Assembly: GCA_963707985.1 (NCBI GenBank)
Contig: CAVPRW010000035.1
Location: 32,001-96,000 of the forward strand
Source of the DNA: an uncultured Nitrospinota bacterium
GTDB taxonomy: Bacteria; Tectomicrobia; Entotheonellia; J063; CAVPRW01
DNA length: 64,000 nt
Reading direction: 5' to 3'
Of this stretch, positions 52,075 through 64,000 are shown one piece after another. Position 1 is the stretch's first letter. Each line of letters opens with the position of its first letter. The translations under genes were made by a program, and so were the position numbers. The notes under the pieces were generated by a model, which was not told the DNA's origin, ran no database searches, and was given only the letters and a program-made list of their open reading frames with translations.

Positions 52075-54745
52075 CTACTCGCCGGTGCGCATGAGGGCGT
52101 TGTCGAAGTACATGAGCAGTGCCGGGTCTTCCTGAATCACCGCATCCGGGACTCGCTTGGCCATCTGCACGATGGTCGTGTAGTCCTGCTTCTGCCAGCA
52201 TTCCTTGAAGCCAGCCCGCAGCGCCTCGGTGCGGACCACTTTGAGCTTGCCCTTTGAATCGAGGTACTGCTGGAACTCTTTCATCAACGCCCGGTGACGA
52301 AGTTGCTCAAGATCGCTTTCCTTTCTTGGATCAGGAACTCGCCATCTACCGTCGCCATCCTCAACGAAGTTCTGTTCGAGTATCGTCTGAAGCTCCAGAG
52401 GCTTTTCGTACTTCTCCCACACTCGCTGCGCTTCGCTCATGTACAGAGGTTGCAAGTCCTTGTACTTCTGCGCCTTTTCGGACAATTCACGACGTACCCA
52501 TTGAATAGCCCCTTTCTCATCGCTAATGAAGAGTTCAAGTTGCTCGACTCCTTTCGCTTCGAGCCGCCCCCGATCATAGGTGCTTGCTTGTTCTGGCAGG
52601 AAGTACATCCCTTCTCTCTCTGGAAACTTCTGCTTAAGGCCGAGATAGAACTCGGATGCAGTCATTGGAACGGAAGAACCTCGTTGAACGTGGAATGCAA
52701 CCATGCGGTCGAACAACAGATGTTGCTGTCTCTCGGCGAGGATTTCAACCTTTTCTCCTTTGACACTGAAAACTGGTAAGTGCGTGAAGTGTTGACGAAT
52801 AAACTCCCAGGCCACGTCCTCCGAGCCTGCCTTCAGCCGAATATTCTCCTCCAGCGCAACGTCTGGCTTGTATGCGGAGATAATCAAGTCCTTTTGCACT
52901 GCGCCAGCAGCCGTTTGCTGCTTCATCGTAAGCTGCTTCTTGTCAAATACCCGAACATCTCCAACGACAAATCCCGCCTGCTCAAGAGCGATCTGAATCG
53001 ACATCCACACCGCATTGTGCGAATTATGGAATTCGACCGTCATCCACCGACCGGGCTTCAAAACCCGATACGCTTCTTGGAAGGCGGAAGACATCAGGTC
53101 GTGGTACTCTGAAAGGCCCTTATTCTGGCTCTTGCTGACGATGGCTTCGGAAGACTGATTGGTGAATACACCAAACCATGCTTCCCACATGAAATTTAGT
53201 TCTGAGTAAACGATATTTCCGCCGAAGGGCGGATCGGTGAAGATGTAATCGACAGACTCATCAGAAAGAAGTAGCTGGGTGGCTGAGGAGGTCGAAATTG
53301 CCACCGGGGAATTGCCACTTCGACTTCGGCTCATCTTTGCAATCTTGCCTTTCAAGGCATACCACGGCGCTACTTCAGAACGAACCTGCGCAATGTACAA
53401 GAATCCTTTCAGGTAGCGATTGACCTGCGAGTAACTGCTAGCGAAGTATCGGTTGAGCCGGGTATGTCCGACACCAACCGACTGTAGCCACCATCGCAAG
53501 CGTGGCTGAAGGTCTGCGGGAGCCTTGTTGACTCTCCATTGTAGCCAAGCAACTGCACGAAGCGAACGTCGGTAGTAGAACTGATGAAAGTGTGTGATTC
53601 CAAGATGGTATCCCGCCCTGTGCATATCTCCCCACGATGCGTTGTCGGTGTGCATCATCCGTACCAAGGGGACCGGATGCGGAATAGGCTCTTTGACAAT
53701 TCGGTCGAGAATCTCCATGTCGGCTTTGTCGGGTTCCTTCCGCCTGACTTCTTTGCCTACTCGATAAACCACGAGCGCCAACGTCTCCTTCTGTTTTGTG
53801 GCTGTGGCCTGAAGGAGATCATCAAAATAAGTCTCTTTGACTCGGCTGTAATTGTCACGATTGTTTACCGAGCCGCACGACGGACACTTCATGTCCTTAT
53901 CAGCGCTCTTGTGACCCGTCTCTTCATCAACGCCTTCATCCCAAAAAACGATTTGATGTCCACAATCGGGACAGGCGAATACATCAGACCACACATAGTA
54001 GTCTACGGGTGCGGGTTTCTTTGAGGCTGAGTCACGGGTCGTGAACATCCAGCCGCACTCTTCTTGAAACTCACCCAGGATGAGGTTGCATTCACGTTCA
54101 AACGCCACTTCGTCGCACCCAGCGTTGTAGTTCGCAGCGATGTGTGTTGCTGCGGGGGCGAGATCAACCAGAAACGCAAGCCGCTCTCCCACTTGATGCT
54201 TCGGCAATGTCGGAGAGAGTTCACGGACGAAAGCGGGGTCAGCGCAGGCTTGTAGCGCCAGTCCCATCATCCCTGTTCCACAGAAAAGATCGAGAACCAC
54301 ATCCCCTGGTTGCGTGTAGTGCAGAAGAAACCGTGCGATGGCCCGGTAGGGAACCTTAGTATGGTAAGTGTGGACGTTGTAGAAATGTTCTCCCTTTCCT
54401 TCGGTGATGTCCGCAGCAAAAGGAGGCAGAGTTGCTACGGCATTTGTCCGAGAGCGGCCAATGTGTGTCTTGGTCCATACCGAAAGCACTTCCTCAAGAA
54501 ACGGATTCGGGCAGGCCGTGTAATACGGTGGGTCGGACATCGCCAGAATGTCCTCGTCCTCGCCGATGGGGAAGCCTTCGATCTTGCGAAACGCCGGGTC
54601 TTTCAGCTTCTCACGCAGCTTCTCCGTGAAGTACGTCGCGCCGTGCCTCGTCGTTCGGGAACGTCATCCCCAGGCACTCGACCGACCCTTGGGTGGCCAT
54701 GTCATTCTCGGCTTCAAACAGGTCTTGCTTCGTTTTCTTCGCCAT
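52075..54745 (-). CDS. pglXI: BREX type 3 DNA adenine methyltransferase PglXI (frameshift near 54640)
   Basis: VECLGMTFPNDEARR, SDPPYYTACPNP, HTYHTKVP, DLFCGTGM (motif I), CPDC/CPSC, DYIFTDPPFG (motif IV), VRTEALRAGFK. Confidence 0.88.
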
Positions 54746-54766
54746 ATCGAGTATGCCTTTACTGGG

Positions 54767-57700
54767 TTAGCCTTCCAGGAGAATCTTCTTGCGTGCGATC
54801 CGCTCGATCTCGGCGGCGTCGATGCTGCCGTCAGCGCCGTCCTCGGACGTGATGACCCGGTCGAGATAGCCGTTGTCCTCGTACCACTGCCGCTTGCGGT
54901 CCCACGCTTCCCGGTACGACGGGACCGACAGCATCCCCAGGTGTTCCCAATAGAACGTGTCGCCCTCGTAGCTCACCGTGAAGTCCGGCAGCTTGAAGTC
55001 GTTCGGGTCGTCCTTGGACGCGAGCTTCTGCTCGTACTCGTAGCTGATGCCCAGGCTCGTCAGCATGTCGGCGACGATGACCTCGGACTTCGAGCGGACC
55101 ATGATCCCTCGGTGTGCGAGCGGGTGCGGTGGATCAGGTGTGCGGCGTAGTAGCGGTCCACCGATTCGGGCCGCACGGCCAGCACGAACATATTCGTGTT
55201 CCGCAGCAGCGTGTCGGAACACTGCGGGTTGCGGAGCTTTTCCAGAACCGTCGTGTCCCGCTCGATCAGCAGCACCATCTTCTGCCGGAAGCGGGTCAGG
55301 CCGGTGTACAGCAACTCCCGTGAAAGCGTCGAGGCGTTCTTGGGCAGGATCAGGAACACGATGTCGAAGTCGCTGCCCTGCGACTTGTGGACCGTCAGGG
55401 CGTAGGCCAGTTCCAGTTCGCCATCGACATTGGGCCGAGGGTAGTAGTAGGACGACAACGGCTGCGTCGAGAACTGGACCTTCATCGAGTCGGCCCTGTC
55501 GCCTTTCCCTTCGGAGGTCTGCACCACGAGGCCGATCTCGCCGTTGGCGACGTAATCCAAGCCCCTTGCCCTTCGGGATAGGACGTCTTCCGGCAGTTGA
55601 TCGCCTGCATCACCTTGTCGGTCCAGACGATCTCCTGCTCGCCGAACGGCTTGATGCCCTTCCGCTTCGAGTGGTTGAGCATCCCGCCCCGGTACTTCGC
55701 CTGAATCTTGCGGTTGATCTCGGTCGTGCCGAACTCATGGTTGCGCACCGGGCTGAGAATTTGCCAACGCTCGGCCAGCACCGGGTCGTTGTGCTTCGAG
55801 TCGTCAGCGAGTCCGAGGCTGGCGTTGAACGGAATGTACGCCTTCTTGTCGTCGGTCAGCTTCAGGTGCTTCTTCATCGCGGCGGCAAGCTGTTGCTCCA
55901 GTTGGCTGCCGTCCCGCCAGTAGCGGACCTCCAGATCGCCGCCGACGTCCTCACGGGCGACACGGGAGAGCATGTCGTCGTCGCCGGGCGACGTGTCGTC
56001 GCGCAGGTAGCCGTCCGCCAACTGCAGGGCCTGGCTGTCGTGGTCTTCGTGTCTGGCCCGCTCCATCAGCCGGGCCAAGCACTTCTTTCGCTCGTCGTCG
56101 GCTTCGAGCCAAGCGATGATGTCCACGAACGGGCGACCGGGACCGATGGGCGGCAACTGGTTCGGGTCGCCGACCAGGATCAGGCGATTCACCTTGTTCA
56201 AGTCCAAGCGCCCGGAACAGCACGCCGAGCAGGTCCATCGGGATCATCGACGCTTCGTCGATGATGACGGTCGGTGCGCCGTGCTGATCGCCGCCCTGGA
56301 GCTTGAGGGCGAAGTTCTCCGGGTTGAGCCATTTGTGCCGCATCAAGAACTGGTGGATCGTGTAGGCGTCCCGCACGCTGCCGTCGTCCCGCTTGGTGCG
56401 GTCCATCAGCCGCACACGGGCCTTGCCGGTCGGAGCCAGGAGCAGGATGGGCCGCTTGCCTTCGAGTTCTTCCAGCCCGTTGAGGAAGACCTTCAGCACC
56501 GAGGTCTTGCCGGTCCCGGCCCGACCGCACAGCACGCTGAAGCGGCCTTCGTAGAGCTTGGCCAGCGCCTCGGCCTTTTCCTTCCTGGCCCGTTCTTCGA
56601 CTTCGGGCGGCAGCTTGGAGCCGCTTCTTGCCGAACTCATCCAGCAGCAGCTTCTCCCAACTCCACCCGGCCTTGGGCGGCGAGTTCTTGGCCTTCGTGC
56701 GCCGGGGCAGGCGGTTGCTGACTTCCCGCTCCAGTTCGGAGAGCCACTTCAGCGCCATCGTCGGCGGATCGCCGTCCACCCGGAAGTCGAGCGCTTCCTG
56801 GTAGAAGCTGGCTTGGCCCAGCACCAAGTCCCGATCAGGCCGACAGGCCCGGCGCTCCGGGAACCGCTTCGTGATGCGGTTGACGGTTTCAGCGAAGGGG
56901 AGCAGCGTGTCGCCGTTTTGGGCCGCACCTTGCAGCACGGCGACGGCCACGCCACGGACCCGGCGGGGATCGTCCTGGGCGCAGATGTCGTCCTTGTCGA
57001 TGAAAGCGGGCGGCAGCGCCTTCGGGCCGCATTCCCCGGTCGATGGTTTCGAGGGCGATCAGGTCCGATACGCCGTCGCCCTGGTCCATCTCCGAGAGCA
57101 GGTAGGGATTGGCGACCAGTTGCTCGTCGGTGGCGCTGATGCCACAACCCGATCGCTTGTCCGGGTTGGCGACCCGCTCCACCTGCGCCGGCGACAACTC
57201 AAAGCGGACCAGCAGCGAGAGCAGCTGGCGGCGTGGCTCCTTGTACGCCGTCCAGCGTTCACCGGCCTGCTTGAGCGCCTTGGCGTACTGCTTCTGCTCG
57301 CACTTGCGGCGACCTTCGAGGATGGCCAGGACATATTCCCAGGCGTTGTCGCCCTTGTTGAGCAACGGCAGCAAGACTTGTCGCTGGAAGGCCGTGCCGG
57401 ACTCACAGCCGAGGTACTGCAGCACACTGCCGATGCCGGGGAATGGGCCACGGTTTTGCCAGACTTCGGAGAGCACGTCGTTGAGCCAGACGAGATGCCG
57501 ATCCCAATCGCCGGGGACTTTGTCCTCGTCCTTGACCGCCTGGACTGATTGCAGCAGCCGCTCCAGCGCCCCCACCGCCATGTCGTCGCCGAGATGCTCG
57601 CCGACGTAGGAGAAGTTCAGCATCGCCCCTTCGGGGACGAGGCAGAGGATGTTCTTCGGGTCGTGACCGGCCTTGAGGTATTCGTGATAGGGGAGCCGGA

Positions 57701-58358
57701 AGCCCTGGTTCTCGAAGTCGTGCGTGATGCAGCGGGACCAGATCGGGTACTGGTCCGGGTACTTCGGCAGTTTGGTCCCGAAGAAGAGCTGCGGGCCGAT
57801 CTGCGAGATGCGGCTGACGCCCAGCAGAATGCGGTTCAGGCTTTCATCGAGCGGGTTGCCGTGGTTGCAGTAGAAGAAGATGAGCGACTTGTCCTTCTCC
57901 AGCTTGCCCCAAAAGTTGCGCAGCAGTGCGATCTGCCGGTCGGGTTCAAAGACCCAGCCGAACTCCTTGTCCTTCGTGTCCGACGTCCCGGATGTCGAGC
58001 TTTTCGTCCTCGCAGATGATGCGGAAGTTTTCCTCTCGCATCCAGCGGTACGGCGAGGGGCAGACGGAGTACGGCGGGATGTCCTCGCGCACCGAGGGCA
58101 ACTGACGGAATTCGAGCGGGTCGTTGTGCGTGATCGTGTAGCCACGGGGCGAGAACGCAATCGGGTCACGGGAACATGGCGGCTGCCAGCCGTCGAGTTC
58201 GGCCAGCGGCAGGCCCGCCGCCTCATCCTCGCGGTCGTCGTCTCGACCGTCCCGGATGTGCTGCTGCACGATGCAATAGGCGTTCTTGCTGGGGTGGTCG
58301 CAGATGTGACCATCCCAGGCCCGGTCGTGCCAAACCAGGCGTGTGGACAGGTGCGTGG

Positions 58359-58362
<4 letters not shown>
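54767..58362 (-). CDS. RecD-like SF1B helicase with C-terminal PD-(D/E)XK-like nuclease, about 1200 aa (several frameshifts)
   Basis: GRAGTGKTS, IIDEASM, VGDPNQLPPI, YALTVHKSQGS, RELLYTGLTR; C-terminal RSKSEVIVADML...PDFTV...YWEHLG; N-terminal WHD...ICDHP..N.YC. Confidence 0.85.
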
Positions 58363-62078
<3,716 letters not shown>

Positions 62079-62095
62079 GGCGACGTTGATCTCCT

Positions 62096-62575
62096 TCAGA
62101 TTGTTCGACCGATGCCGACCGGTGATGACGACGGCTTCGATCTGCTTGAACTGAACGAACTCAGGATGGCCAGGCTCGGCGTAGGTCAGGGTTCCATCCC
62201 GGAAGCTGCCGTTCCACGAGGCGACGAAGGTGCGGTTGCGGCTCGACACCTGGAGCAGACGCAGCGGTTCGACCTCCAGGCTCGGGTCGAACAGAATCTC
62301 CAGGTTGTCCAGCAGCACCACGTCGCCGGGTCGGCGGCGATCACTTCCTTAAGCAGTCGCTCGACCTGTCGCGACCGCTGGGTGCGGGTCAGTTCGAGCA
62401 TCCTCTTACTGAGCTCGAGATTGACGTTCAGCAGAGGAAAGCCGTTCTCCTGCGCCACGGATTGCAGCACGGCCGTTTTACCCGAACCGGATGGAGCCAC
62501 GAGAAGGACGAGTCGGAAATACTGGCCCGCGGCCTGACGAATGGCTTCTTGCAGGTTTGTCGCCTGACTCGGCAT
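62096..62575 (-). CDS. brxF: BREX type 3 P-loop protein BrxF (frameshifted)
   Basis: [53 protein letters not shown]. Confidence 0.88.
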
Positions 62576-62759
62576 GAAATCCACCCCCTGAGCCATCGAT
62601 TGAAAGAGCGTGCCACTGCGCAGCTGCCAAGCAGCCTGTTGACATCGCGCTGTCGGTCGGCCTACGTTGTGTCGGTACGGATTGTGGACCTACGCGGGTC
62701 GGTCAGCCGAACCGCTCCAGCCGAAAGGCTTTCCTGTGCCCCTTGAAAGAAGTGTTTTG

Positions 62760-62788
62760 TTGACTGTAAACTGCAATCAGTGTACGAT
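62760..62788 (+). promoter_or_regulatory. Promoter of the HTH regulator (probably leaderless) with internal imperfect palindrome
   Basis: TTGACT-17-TACGAT with ATG at 62795; TGACTGTA-AAC-TGCAATCA imperfect inverted repeat over the -35 and spacer. Confidence 0.6.
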
Positions 62789-62794
62789 CTTCCT

Positions 62795-63157
62795 ATGAAA
62801 TACACAAGCAGGAAACCGCTCATGCCATTCGGGCAAACGATTCGAACACTCCGCAAGGCCAAGAACCTGACATTGCGTGACCTGGCCTCGAAGGTCAAGG
62901 TGACGTTCACCTATCTTTCAAAGATCGAAAACGAGAAGCTCGATTTTGGCGACTACCCCAGCGAAGCGGTCATCCGAAAGCTCGCCCAAGCCCTCGATGC
63001 CGACCAAGACGAGCTGCTGCTTTTGGCCGGGAAAATTCCCGACGCCATCAGAAAGCGAGTACTCCAACGACCCGATGTCTTTCGCAAGCTCGCAAAGCTG
63101 GATGATGAGAGGCTGGATCGGGTGCTGGCTGTTCTGGATGATGAGGTCACCAACTGA
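62795..63157 (+). CDS. XRE-family helix-turn-helix regulator
   Basis: FGQTIRTLRKAKNLTLRDLA...TYLSKIEN...PSEAVIRKLAQAL. Confidence 0.9.
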   Translation: MKYTSRKPLMPFGQTIRTLRKAKNLTLRDLASKVKVTFTYLSKIENEKLDFGDYPSEAVIRKLAQALDADQDELLLLAGKIPDAIRKRVLQRPDVFRKLAKLDDERLDRVLAVLDDEVTN

Positions 63158-63456
63158 TGACGCTGAACCGCGGGTGCCTCTCGGACAACTGGCAATGAGT
63201 CATCACGAGCATATCGCAAGCCAGCTTTGGGGGGTGGATTGCCAGCTTTCTCGTCCATCAACGGTAGAAGACTGCTCCGAATGCCCGATGGAGCGCTGTG
63301 CGTCGGGCAACTTGGCCCCATTCTCCAGCGCGGTGGCGCGGATCCATTAGGCGTTCTCAGGATGAAGAGTCAGCCCATCCCGCTTAACCCCTTTCGAGTC
63401 ACTCGCCATAGGTGAGCAACCGATTCATTGATCCGGCGCAGCGTGGCCAGGTCATG

Positions 63457-63815
63457 GAAAAAGCAGAAAAAAAAACAGCCAGAAAAAAAATAGGAGGAGA
63501 AAGAAGAGAAAAAAATGAGAAAGAGGGGAATGAGGGAAGGAAAAAAAAAAGAAGAAAGAAAGAAAAAAAAAAAGAAATAAGGAAAAAAGAAAAAATAAAA
63601 AAAAAAAAAAAAAAATAATAAGAATGAAGATAAAGAAAATAGAAAATATAGATGCGACGAATGAAGAAAATGAAAAAAGAAAATGGGAAATGAAGGAAGA
63701 AGAAGGATAGAGATGAAAGATAAAATTAAGAGAAAAGAGGAAAGAAAGATAAAAAAGGAGAAAAAGGAATAAAGGGAGAAAGAGGAAAAAAAAAAAAAAA
63801 TAAAAATAAAAATGA
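63457..63815. other. A/G-rich low-complexity tract, probable sequencing artefact
   Basis: Almost no C, long irregular poly-A runs and abrupt borders within GC-rich DNA. Confidence 0.8.
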
Positions 63816-64000
63816 TGGGGGGCATCGCTGTTTTCGGTGAGACGTGAACGCGGCGTCTCCGCCGCCCATGTGCCTCGACTGAGCCCCCCAAGGCGCATGG
63901 CCTTGCGGAGTCGCTGCGGTGGGAAGCCGCTTTAGGCGGGAATCGATCGATCCGGACGCGACGGTGTGCTCCTTCTTAGCCGTCGGTCCCAGACCTGTTG

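Noticed and set aside
63370..63898. Phe-rich and Lys/Glu-rich ORFs across the purine tract
   Set aside because: They arise from a low-complexity A/G stretch that looks like a basecalling artefact and have no protein-like features.

Overview
GC-rich bacterial window (about 60-65% GC by eye). The many CoA-transferases, LLM oxidoreductases and amidohydrolases suggest a Tectomicrobia/Rokubacteria-like organism, but that is a weak inference. Bases 1-23 kb are housekeeping and stress genes: UvrA, an OprB porin, PhhB, a Dpp-type ABC transporter, PerR-Dps with an exact Per box, FecR plus CHASE2 adenylate cyclase, Hsp20-ClpB-Lon with HAIR-like operators, IMPase and an O-methyltransferase. Bases 22-30 kb are a co-oriented cluster: LarE, YHS protein, a pair of class III CoA-transferases, enoyl-CoA hydratase, a conserved partner protein and a UGSC-type selenoprotein. 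The ORF track splits the selenoprotein at an in-frame TGA that is followed by a SECIS-like hairpin. Bases 30-44 kb hold catabolic enzymes, IS and HNH remnants and a stand-alone diadenylate-cyclase-domain gene. Bases 44.5-62.6 kb (minus strand) are a BREX type 3 defence locus (brxF, brxC, pglXI, brxHII, pglZ, brxA). It carries an extra ~1200 aa RecD-like helicase/nuclease coupled to brxC, a low-GC methyltransferase core and a decayed AlbA_2/PIN-TA insert, with a divergent, apparently leaderless HTH regulator. Many single-base frameshifts, densest in the BREX region, and a purine-rich low-complexity tract at 63.5-63.8 kb indicate unpolished long-read sequence, so coordinates of broken genes are approximate. 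No rRNA, tRNA or CRISPR array was seen.
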